41,134 nucleotides of DNA from a virus (Duplodnaviria > Caudoviricetes), in the IMG/VR virus record IMGVR_UViG_3300046055_000089, positions 1 to 41,134 of that record. The stretch is one strand, 5' to 3'. Below are positions 8,564 to 15,789 of the stretch, in pieces. Below the pieces are notes generated by a model. The model worked only from the letters and a program-made list of their open reading frames with translations. It searched no databases and was not told the DNA's origin. The translations under genes and the position numbers were made by a program. Numbering within the stretch: the first letter of the stretch is position 1; each line of letters starts with the position of its first letter.

Positions 8564-8681
8564 AGCACGATAGCACAATCGTACTGCGTGCTGAAAAGCG
8601 TTTCGCACAATAGCACAATCGAATCGTGCTATGGGGCTATCGTTTTTATCCCACTTGTGCCATTATCGCATCATGGCACGA
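8562..8681. promoter_or_regulatory. Divergent promoter region with an array of ATRGCACRA operator boxes
   Basis: Boxes at 8562, 8570, 8602 (degenerate), 8610, 8623 (inverted), 8655 (inverted) and 8673; near-palindrome ATAGCACAAT-CGA-ATCGTGCTAT at 8610-8632. Confidence 0.8.
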
Positions 8682-8870
8682 CCCAGTTTCACCGTCCCGG
8701 ACGGCCTCCTGGACGACTTCGACCGGGCCCTCGCGTCGAAAAGCGCCCGCGGGGAGCTCCCACCGAAGGTCAACCGGAGCAAGGTGATTCGAGAACTGAT
8801 GTACGAGTACGCGAGAGAGGAGCTCGGAGAGGGAAACTCGAGTACGACCCCGACAGCGATAGCTGACTGA
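8673..8870 (+). CDS. Ribbon-helix-helix regulator (divergent partner)
   Basis: MARPSFTVPDGLLDDFDRAL...NRSKVIRELMYEY; TTTTTAT about 25 nt upstream suggests a leaderless mRNA. Confidence 0.82.
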   Translation: MARPSFTVPDGLLDDFDRALASKSARGELPPKVNRSKVIRELMYEYAREELGEGNSSTTPTAIAD

Positions 8871-8875
8871 TTCTT

Positions 8876-9940
8876 CTACAGCTCTGCGGGGTCGAGAGCA
8901 CCAACACCAACCGGCGGCTCGATCGACTGGTCGAGGACGCGATACACTCGGTTCTGCGCGGGCCCTTCGTACTCGATGAGATCGTACTCCTGGAGCTTCG
9001 CGAGTTTGTTCCGTCGCGACCGCCGGCCGATCGGCGTCAGGTCGTGGCCGTAGTAGAGGTGCTGGGCCACCTCCTCGTAGCGAGCGTGGAGGTCGCTGGC
9101 CGGCAGCCCGCCGGCGCCGTGGATCAGCGCGTAGAGGACGTGATGATGGACGGGGAGCGACCGCAGGTTCGCCTGCCGGATTCGGTGCTGGGCGCGCTCG
9201 AATGAGTCGTCGACGTCAACGCCGTGGATCTGCGAGTTCCCCCGCTCGGTCGCGAGCTCGGCAGCGGCCCCCAGCGCCTGGATGCCGAACCTCGCGACGC
9301 CGGCGACCTCATCGGCGATGGTCCGGAGCTGCTTGTCCGTGACCGCCCCCCGTGAGAGGCCCTGATCGGCCCGGGCCCGCAGGATGGAGGAGAGTTCGTC
9401 GACGCCGTAGCGTTCGAGCTCGATCGGCCCGGAGATGCTACGCCGGACGGTCTGGGGAACCCGAGCGAGCCAGCGGTCGGCGTCGTGGCAGATCGCGACG
9501 ATCGAGACCTCGCGGACGCGGGTGACGTACTCGAGGGTTTCGGTGTCGGGGAGCGCGTCGGCCTCGTCGAGGACCAGGATGTAGGGATGGTCGACGACGT
9601 CGCGCAGCTGCTCGCGGAGTTCGTCGGCGGGCGTGTTCAGGGCGACGTCGACCTGGGCGTGGTGTTCGCGAAGCGCGGTGCGGAGGACCTCGCCGGTGGT
9701 GGTGCCGAGGCACTCGATGTGGGCGTGGTCGACCGCGGCGTACGCCTCGAGCTCCCCGAGGGTTTGCCGGGCAAGCACGGTCTTCCCAACGCCGGAAGGC
9801 CCTGCGATGAGGACGTCATCCGCCCGGACGCTGTCGAGTGCCGGGTCGAACGCACGGGAGAGTTCTTCGATTGCTCCTTCCCGGTGCCGGAGCTCCCGCG
9901 GCAGGTACTCGTCCTCGAAGACCCGCGGATCAGTAATCAT
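8876..9940 (-). CDS. orc1/cdc6: Orc1/Cdc6 family AAA+ protein
   Basis: MITDPRVFEDEYLPRELRHRE, Walker A GPSGVGKT, Walker B LVLDEAD, YGVDELSSILRARA, C-terminal wHTH. Confidence 0.92.
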   Translation of the reverse strand: MITDPRVFEDEYLPRELRHREGAIEELSRAFDPALDSVRADDVLIAGPSGVGKTVLARQTLGELEAYAAVDHAHIECLGTTTGEVLRTALREHHAQVDVALNTPADELREQLRDVVDHPYILVLDEADALPDTETLEYVTRVREVSIVAICHDADRWLARVPQTVRRSISGPIELERYGVDELSSILRARADQGLSRGAVTDKQLRTIADEVAGVARFGIQALGAAAELATERGNSQIHGVDVDDSFERAQHRIRQANLRSLPVHHHVLYALIHGAGGLPASDLHARYEEVAQHLYYGHDLTPIGRRSRRNKLAKLQEYDLIEYEGPAQNRVYRVLDQSIEPPVGVGALDPAEL

Positions 9941-9962
9941 GGCTGACAGTGACGTAGGGATG

Positions 9963-9992
9963 GTATAAAAGGAAGGGCGGCATTTCCGGCAG
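9963..9992 (-). promoter_or_regulatory. orc1/cdc6 promoter: CTGCCGGAAAT-N13-TTATAC, leaderless
   Basis: TTTTATAC box 23-30 nt upstream of ATG 9940; upstream element identical to 8172-8182. Confidence 0.7.
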
Positions 9993-10047
9993 GATACCAG
10001 TCGGTTTCTGGGCAGTCTATTTGTAATGTCGGTTTAAAGGCTGGTTC

Positions 10048-10452
10048 ATGGCTCTGTACGAATCGCTTTCGGAGGCGGACCCGAAGACACGCGACCGGCT
10101 CGAGCGACTGCTCCAGGACGACGAGGAGCTCGTCCTTGTGCTGCTGAACCGCGACCCGCTGGTGCGGTGGCTCGACTCGCTCGGCGTTCAGCCGCTGGTG
10201 ATCCTCGCCCGGAAGTTCGACGGGAAGGAGCGCGTCGCGCTCACCGACCAGCGCGTAGTCGAGTTCCAGGTCGGCGCGCTGCGCGACGTCGACGACGTCC
10301 AGCTGGACACGATATCGACCGTCGACTTCGAGTTCGCCGCCCACTCCGAGATCGAGCTCTCCGGGTCCGGCTTCGAGAAGGAGCTCACCGCCCGCAACGC
10401 CGACGAAGGCGAGCAGTTCGCCGACGAGATCCGCGGGCAGCTTACCGCGTAG
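10048..10452 (+). CDS. Bacterial-type PH (bPH)-like domain protein
   Basis: LLQDDEELVL...VALTDQRVVEF...VQLDTISTVDF...IEL pattern typical of bPH domains. Confidence 0.6.
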   Translation: MALYESLSEADPKTRDRLERLLQDDEELVLVLLNRDPLVRWLDSLGVQPLVILARKFDGKERVALTDQRVVEFQVGALRDVDDVQLDTISTVDFEFAAHSEIELSGSGFEKELTARNADEGEQFADEIRGQLTA

Positions 10453-10915
10453 TCGTCGGCTCGGTCGGCCGCTGGGTCGAGGTGTCGCTGGCGCCGCTCG
10501 CCTCCCGCCCGTGCTGACCGGCAAGCGGGCAGGCCTCGTCGTGGACGATCTCGAAGACGTCCTCGTCGAGGTTGCCGCACTTGCACTCGAACGAAAGGAC
10601 CTCGCCGTCGTGGAGGCCGCCCCGACCCTCCGTCTTCCCGAACTTGACGATCGTGATGGGGTGGGCGGGGTCGAACTCGGGGACAGACCGCCCGGAGACG
10701 TCGGGCTCGAGGTCGTCGTAGTGGGCCCGACCGTGCTCACCGGCGAGCGAGCAGTCGTCGTCGTGCCAGATCTGCTCGAGCGTCTCGTCGGCCTGCATGC
10801 ACTCCGGGCAGAGGTAGCCGATGCACTCGCCGCGGAAGTGGTCGGAGCCCGAGGGCTCGGTGATGATTAGGCGCTGGATCTGGATGCCCTCGAGGCGCTC
10901 GCGGATGACCTTCAT
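10442..10915 (-). CDS. Protein with a duplicated Cys-Cys-His-Cys metal-binding repeat
   Basis: YLCPECMQADETLEQIWHDDDCSLAGEHGR versus FECKCGNLDEDVFEIVHDEACPLAGQHGR. Confidence 0.7.
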   Translation of the reverse strand: MKVIRERLEGIQIQRLIITEPSGSDHFRGECIGYLCPECMQADETLEQIWHDDDCSLAGEHGRAHYDDLEPDVSGRSVPEFDPAHPITIVKFGKTEGRGGLHDGEVLSFECKCGNLDEDVFEIVHDEACPLAGQHGREASGASDTSTQRPTEPTTTR

Positions 10916-11208
10916 TTCGAATCACTCTGGAGATCCTCGGGGTTGTAGTCGTCGAGCGCGGCGTCGAGGAGATTGTCACGACGTAGGTCCCGGGCTTGCG
11001 AGAGATGGCCGTGGGCGCGCTCGAGGTGGCCGCGGATCTCGTCGTGACGCTGATCTTCTTCGTTGGTGTCGAGCGCTCGGTACACCTCTATGTCCTCCGC
11101 TCGGTCGGCCGCTACGGCCAGCCAGCACCAGAGGTCGTCGTCGATGTCGTCGCGTTCGCGTTGCTGTGCTTCCGAAACGGTTTCGGTGGTGTGGTTCGTA
11201 GTTGCCAT
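10912..11208 (-). CDS. Hypothetical helical protein, first gene of the repressor-controlled leftward unit
   Basis: 98-aa acidic ORF; ATGA overlap with the next gene; structured leader upstream. Confidence 0.7.
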   Translation of the reverse strand: MATTNHTTETVSEAQQRERDDIDDDLWCWLAVAADRAEDIEVYRALDTNEEDQRHDEIRGHLERAHGHLSQARDLRRDNLLDAALDDYNPEDLQSDSK

Positions 11209-11260
11209 CGCTTCTCAGCCTCGAGAAGCGCGGTCGGGCGTGCTCTAACACGCCCCGGCC
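11209..11260 (-). promoter_or_regulatory. Structured 5' leader: two tandem hairpins abutting the ATG
   Basis: GGGCGTG-TTAGAG-CACGCCC and CGCTTCTC-GAGGCT-GAGAAGCG-ATG, read on the minus strand. Confidence 0.65.
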
Positions 11261-11309
11261 AGATTCTGACCGGTGTCCCGCGCTTCGTAGTCTCATCTAC
11301 ATAGGGACT

Positions 11310-11411
11310 CTATATAAAACTATGCTTTGCATAGTGTGTAGCCTTCTGTACCACATTGCTTATAGCATACCAGCACAAGTTACGGAGTGTGGTGCGCTAT
11401 GCAAAGCATAC
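11310..11411. promoter_or_regulatory. Divergent promoter with palindromic operators CTATGC-NNN-GCATAS
   Basis: CTATGCTTTGCATAG (11320-11334) abuts the leftward TATA box (11310-11319); CTATGCAAAGCATAC (11397-11411) lies at the repressor start; partial site near 11356-11370. Confidence 0.75.
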
Positions 11412-11413
11412 CA

Positions 11414-11659
11414 ATGCCAAATGAGGACTTCGACCCCACCGAGGACTGCGAACGCGTCCTCGACGTCTTCAAAGACGGACGGAACACCGGAGACCCGTGG
11501 GGCCGAGCCAACCCCCGATACATCATCGACGAAACGGGTATGGAAAAGCCAAACGTTGAGTACCACCTCCGCCGGCTGAACGACGCCGGCTGGGTGCGAA
11601 AAGTCGCGCGCGGACTCTACGAGTTCGTCGCCGACCCGCGGGAGGACCAGAACACATGA
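11414..11659 (+). CDS. phiH1 Rep-like winged-HTH repressor
   Basis: DCERVLDVFKDG...ANPRYIIDETGMEKPNVEYHLRRLNDAGWVRKVARGLYEFVADP; alternative start at 11399. Confidence 0.82.
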   Translation: MPNEDFDPTEDCERVLDVFKDGRNTGDPWGRANPRYIIDETGMEKPNVEYHLRRLNDAGWVRKVARGLYEFVADPREDQNT

Positions 11660-11961
11660 GCTCGCAGGCCGAACTCGAATCCGAGAACGAGAGTATGAGC
11701 ACCGTCACGCTCGGCGACGTCGCGTTCGATCCCGTCGCCACGCAGGACTTCCGCCTCAGCGTCGAGGGGACGTCCGGTACTGGGAAGTCGAACACGCTCG
11801 CCGTCATCCTCTCGAAGCTCGCCGAGCAGAACGTCGTCGCGAAGACCACGAAGCAGGGGAAGGCGGAGTACTCCCTGAACGTCGACGGGATGCGCGAGAT
11901 TATCCACCAGCAGCGCAAGCGCACCGAGATGTCGAAGCTCAAAGAGCAGGTGAAGGGCTGA
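11656..11961 (+). pseudogene. HerA/DUF87-like ATPase remnant: Walker A joined in-frame to a wHTH-like C-terminus
   Basis: RLSVEGTSGTGKSNTLAVIL followed immediately by SKLAEQNVVAKTTKQGKAEYSLN; no Walker B; only 101 aa. Confidence 0.55.
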
Positions 11962-12086
11962 TGAAGGAGATCAACTGCGACGCCTGCAAAACGACCGTCC
12001 CCTCCCGCATAGAACTCCCCGACGGTTCGACGACGCCAGTTCAGTTTTGCCCGGTTTGCGGGACACTGCTACCAGACATCGAGTAG
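11961..12086 (+). CDS. 41-aa CPxCG-type Zn-finger microprotein
   Basis: MKEINCDACKTTVPSRIELPDGSTTPVQFCPVCGTLLPDIE; TGATG-coupled to the upstream gene; not in the ORF track. Confidence 0.75.
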   Translation: MKEINCDACKTTVPSRIELPDGSTTPVQFCPVCGTLLPDIE

Positions 12087-12164
12087 TGTTGCCACTGGCC
12101 GACTTCTAACCCGGCTCGTCAGAACGTCAGCGAGCTAGGTACAGACCGCAGGAAGAGCCGTCGG

Positions 12165-12542
12165 TCAGTCGTCACGGTCGTCGCGGGGCCGGCCGCCGTC
12201 AGCCCAGCGGGGTTCGACGTCGTCGACGTCGAGGTCGACCTCGGGGAGCTGCTCGTCGAGCTCGTCAGTAAGGTTCTCCATCGCGACGCGGAAGTAGCGG
12301 CGGTTCTCCTGGACCTCGCCGCGGACGGTCGCGTGTTGCTCGTCGATCTTGTCCTCGAGGTGGTTGAGTGAGCCCTGGAGCGACCGCGCCTGCCCCGAGA
12401 CGCCGTCGTCGGTCTCGTCTCTCTCCCGCCCCCACGCCCAGGACGCGAGCTCGTTGATCTTCCGGCGGTTCAGGTAGACCGCCGAGAGCAGGCTCGCGCT
12501 GCCGGTGCCGATCCCGACCAAGAGCGCAGGGTCAGTAGTCAT
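12165..12542 (-). CDS. Membrane protein with N-terminal TM segment and coiled coil (last late gene; possible lysis/holin-like)
   Basis: ALLVGIGTGSASLLSAVYL followed by RRK and a heptad-rich region; terminal position in the tail operon. Confidence 0.6.
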   Translation of the reverse strand: MTTDPALLVGIGTGSASLLSAVYLNRRKINELASWAWGRERDETDDGVSGQARSLQGSLNHLEDKIDEQHATVRGEVQENRRYFRVAMENLTDELDEQLPEVDLDVDDVEPRWADGGRPRDDRDD

Positions 12543-12543
12543 A

Positions 12544-13218
12544 TCAAATCGTCTTTACCGAGTCCCAGTATACCTCGGCGTCCAGACCGGACCCGCTCCC
12601 CGCGTTCCAGTAGTTTAGGCCGTAGCCGACTCCGCCGCTCGCGAACGACTGGTCGGACGCCTGTACTGAACCGACGAGCGAGTCCGCCGAGTCGTAGACT
12701 GAGACGGTAATCGTCCCGTCGGTCTGCCAGTCGATCGTGACGCGTAGCCACTCGTCGGTCGGCGGTGACGCACCCGTCGAGTTCAGCGTTGACGACCCGC
12801 CCCCTGACCGTTTGATGATCTCGATGTGCCCGTCGTTCGTGTCGAGCGCGACGATATACGCGTCGTTCGGCGGGAGGTTCGAGTCTTGCGCGCCGAAGAT
12901 GAAGCGCGCCTCGGGGTTCCCGGCGCTGTCGGACTCGAGGTAGTTTCGGTACTCGATCGTGTCGCCCGCCACGGGATAGTAGTTCAGCCCGCTTGTCGAG
13001 ACGGCGTACTGCATACTCGCCGCCTCGGGGTGGTCTTCCTGAATCGCGTACGACCCCTCGAAGGCCCGAGCGGTCGACGCAGCGAACGGCGAGTCGGCGT
13101 TATACTCGCTGATTTCGCCGTCTTCCACCGAGTCGATAATTCGTTCTAAGACTCCCGCGACTATACCGCGTCCGTTGGCGTCGAGCGCGCGGCCCGACGC
13201 ACCGAATCCTCTGCTCAT
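12544..13218 (-). CDS. Putative receptor-binding/adhesin protein (ConA/LamG-like beta sandwich)
   Basis: Beta-rich, with WLRVTIDWQTDGTITVSVY and FASGGVG...YWDSV; follows the fibre gene. Confidence 0.55.
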   Translation of the reverse strand: MSRGFGASGRALDANGRGIVAGVLERIIDSVEDGEISEYNADSPFAASTARAFEGSYAIQEDHPEAASMQYAVSTSGLNYYPVAGDTIEYRNYLESDSAGNPEARFIFGAQDSNLPPNDAYIVALDTNDGHIEIIKRSGGGSSTLNSTGASPPTDEWLRVTIDWQTDGTITVSVYDSADSLVGSVQASDQSFASGGVGYGLNYWNAGSGSGLDAEVYWDSVKTI

Positions 13219-13220
13219 AG

Positions 13221-14063
13221 TTACTCGACGATGTACGCGAAGTGCGCGCCGACGCCGTCGGCCGTATAGTTATTCCCGGTCGCGTTCTTCGACCGGAGCT
13301 TGAAGATCGACGTCGACCCGCTGGTGTTCGTGTAGCTCGCGACCGGCGCCGCCGGGTCGGTCGACTCCTCGTCGACGACGTTCGCCGACGCCTGGACGGT
13401 GTCGGCGCCGTCGAGCAGCTGGACGTCCAGCCCCGCGGGCGCGGTCCCGTCCGCAATCTTGTAGGCCCCCCACCGGTAGACCATCAGCGTCTGCCCGTCG
13501 GGGACGGGGACGGTGATCTCGACGGACTCGGTGTCCTCAAGCAGCGCGATCGGGGGCGTCCCGTTTGGCGCGTCGACGAGCTCGCGGATCCGTACCGGCG
13601 CCGTGAACGCCCGCCGGTCGGTGACCGCGGTGACCCCGCTGCCGTCGGTGTCGACATCGTACAGCGGGATCTTCATGTCCTCGTCCTCGGTCGCCGAGTC
13701 GAACGCCGACGCGAGGCCGATGATGACGTCGTCGGGACTGTTCCGGTTCCACCCGACGTAGATGGTCTGGTCGGCCGTCGACGCCGCGACCGTCACGGTC
13801 GTCGTGGTGTCTTTCGCGAGCCACGCGCCCCAGACGAACGCCTCGCCCGGGTCGATTGTGACGTCGAACGACGCGGCGCCGTGGGACTCGGCGAACGCGT
13901 TCAGCTGCGTCTCGTCGATGCCGGAGTCCTGCTCGGCGACCTCGGTCGGGCTGGCGCCGTCGACGATGACGCCTTCTTCGAGGCCGCCGGCGTGCGCGAA
14001 CCCGACGGCTGTCTTGAACGATTCTGCAGTGCGGTTGTTCGAGGGGTGTGCTTTCTCGGTCAT
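13221..14063 (-). CDS. Tail fibre protein
   Basis: VTIDPGEAFVWGAW...IPLYDVDTDGSGVTAVTDRR is a typical fibre N-terminal anchoring domain; downstream of the baseplate genes. Confidence 0.65.
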   Translation of the reverse strand: MTEKAHPSNNRTAESFKTAVGFAHAGGLEEGVIVDGASPTEVAEQDSGIDETQLNAFAESHGAASFDVTIDPGEAFVWGAWLAKDTTTTVTVAASTADQTIYVGWNRNSPDDVIIGLASAFDSATEDEDMKIPLYDVDTDGSGVTAVTDRRAFTAPVRIRELVDAPNGTPPIALLEDTESVEITVPVPDGQTLMVYRWGAYKIADGTAPAGLDVQLLDGADTVQASANVVDEESTDPAAPVASYTNTSGSTSIFKLRSKNATGNNYTADGVGAHFAYIVE

Positions 14064-14332
14064 TGTTCGCGGATCTGGATGTGCATCAGGTACTGCTCGC
14101 CGCTCGCGGTCGCGATTGCGACGGTGTCGCTATCCGGGTCGTCGACGAGCACGCCGCGGAAGACGCCGTCGACGTCGGCCTCGACGCGCGTCCCGTCCGG
14201 AGCCTCCTCGAGCGCCTCGAGGTTCGCGACCGTTCCACCGAAGACGTCCTCGACCGCCGCCCGAGCCCGATCGGCCGCCTGCTCGGGGAGGCCGCTGGGT
14301 GGGGCGGCGCTACCGGGTGCGTTCCCCGGCAT
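14060..14332 (-). CDS. Hypothetical tail-module protein
   Basis: Acidic ORF filling the operon, ATGA overlap with the next gene. Confidence 0.6.
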   Translation of the reverse strand: MPGNAPGSAAPPSGLPEQAADRARAAVEDVFGGTVANLEALEEAPDGTRVEADVDGVFRGVLVDDPDSDTVAIATASGEQYLMHIQIREQ

Positions 14333-14334
14333 GA

Positions 14335-14940
14335 TCAGGCGCTGAAGGAGAGGGTGACGTCGAACGTCACCGTCTTCGTGTTGTCCTTCGTGACGCTCGC
14401 GAACGTCGAGTGGTTCAGCAGCACGTTCGTCCCGCCGGTGTCGCTGGTGAACACCCCGAGCTCGTCGAGCGTGTAGCCGTTCGCTTCCGTACTGTCAACG
14501 AACGTCGACGCGAGCAGGGTCGTCCCCTGGTCGGCGTGGTCGGTCACCGCCTTCCGGAAGACCTCGTTGTTCAGCGCGGTGTCTCCCGAGGCGGTCCCGG
14601 CGGCGCCGTCGTTGCCGAGCGCGAGGTATGCGGCCTCCTCGTCCGACGCCTGCGTCGGGTCGAGGTTGTCGACGAGGATCTCGTGGAGCCCGACGCAGGT
14701 CGTGTTGAAGACGACGAACTCGTCGGTCGCCTCCAGGTCGAGCTCTGCCAGCTCGCGCTCGCGGTCGTCGAGGTCGTTGACGGCGCCGCGCTCCTGGAGA
14801 TCCTCGTAGTCGGTCGTCGCGAGGTACTTCTCGCGGTCGCTGAGGTCATCCCACTCGGGGAGCTTCTCGCGGAGCAGCTCCGGGTCGTGCAGTCGTGCGT
14901 CGATGCGGCCTTCGATCTGGATGGTTTCAGTTGCAGACAT
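14335..14940 (-). CDS. Baseplate/tail-collar fibre-attachment protein
   Basis: YLALGNDG..TALNNEVFRKAV...EANGYTLDELGVF...LLNH..F..VTKD pattern of tail-collar fibre N-terminal domains. Confidence 0.65.
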   Translation of the reverse strand: MSATETIQIEGRIDARLHDPELLREKLPEWDDLSDREKYLATTDYEDLQERGAVNDLDDRERELAELDLEATDEFVVFNTTCVGLHEILVDNLDPTQASDEEAAYLALGNDGAAGTASGDTALNNEVFRKAVTDHADQGTTLLASTFVDSTEANGYTLDELGVFTSDTGGTNVLLNHSTFASVTKDNTKTVTFDVTLSFSA

Positions 14941-14954
14941 GGTGTCTCCTCAAG

Positions 14955-15788
14955 TCAGGGCGTGGCGCCCCAGTCGATCTCGCCCCAGTCGCCGACATCC
15001 CAGCCAGTGCGGTCGGTCGAGTAGCTGACCCCGTCCGCGGTGGTCGCGGCGTCGGCGACCGAGGTTTCGTTCGGGTCGACCGCGACGCCGTCCGTCGCGA
15101 CCGCCGTGTCGGTTCCCGCGTCTCGCGTCAGGTCCTCGGGCTCGGACCAGAGCATGAAGTCCCAGGACTCGTCGTCCCAGCTGTCGCCCGCGGGGACGTC
15201 CCCGGTCTGGACGTCGGCGACCGCGTCGGCCGTGGTCGCGGCGTCGGCGACCTTCAGGCCGGTGTCGACCGTCACTCCGTCCGCGGTGGTGGCCTCGTCG
15301 ACGCCGATGTCGTAGCGGACGAGGTCCAGGTCGACCGCCGACGGGTCGGCGATGTCAGCGAGTTCCTCGACGGTCGAGCCCTTGTGCGAGGTCCAGTCGG
15401 TCAGCACGACGTCGTAGGACGTCTCTTGGACGTCCTCGTCGAGCGTGACCGCCGCCTCGGCGACGGTGAGACCGGACGCGACTGCGAACCGGACGTCGTC
15501 GACGCGGCCCCGCCCTCGGAACGCCTGAACGAGCGTCATCAGGTACTGGCGGTACGCCTCGTCGTCGCGGCTACGGCGCCGGCCGAGGATGCCGAAGTCG
15601 GCGCCGATCCGGTCGAGCTCGTCGCCGGTCGCGTGGGCGACCTGCAGCGACTTCTGGACGCCCGCGAGGTCAGCGCCGAGCGCGTCGACCTCGTCCTGGT
15701 GGGCGGCGAGCCACGTCGAGAACTCGGTGTCGTCGTCGTACGACGGGAACGCCGCGGGGAGCCGCTCGGCGAGGGTCAGGTCCGGCAT
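14955..15788 (-). CDS. Baseplate wedge protein (P2 gpI/Mu gp48-like)
   Basis: ATGDELDRIGADFGILGRR..DDEAYR motif; follows baseplate J. Confidence 0.75.
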   Translation of the reverse strand: MPDLTLAERLPAAFPSYDDDTEFSTWLAAHQDEVDALGADLAGVQKSLQVAHATGDELDRIGADFGILGRRRSRDDEAYRQYLMTLVQAFRGRGRVDDVRFAVASGLTVAEAAVTLDEDVQETSYDVVLTDWTSHKGSTVEELADIADPSAVDLDLVRYDIGVDEATTADGVTVDTGLKVADAATTADAVADVQTGDVPAGDSWDDESWDFMLWSEPEDLTRDAGTDTAVATDGVAVDPNETSVADAATTADGVSYSTDRTGWDVGDWGEIDWGATP

Positions 15789-15789
15789 T

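Noticed and set aside
8562-8681. CRISPR-like array or iteron origin
   Set aside because: Repeats are about 9-10 bp, in mixed orientation and irregularly spaced between divergent regulators, which fits operators. No CRISPR array was seen anywhere in the window.
9941-10047. Canonical ORB-containing replication origin next to orc1/cdc6
   Set aside because: No paired ORBs with a correctly oriented G-string or a long AT-rich unwinding element; the motif is in fixed phase with a TATA box, favouring a promoter role (not fully excluded).
12544-14063. Invertible tail-fibre cassette or DGR target as in some haloviruses/phages
   Set aside because: No second recombinase, reverse transcriptase, inverted gene copy or template repeat detected.
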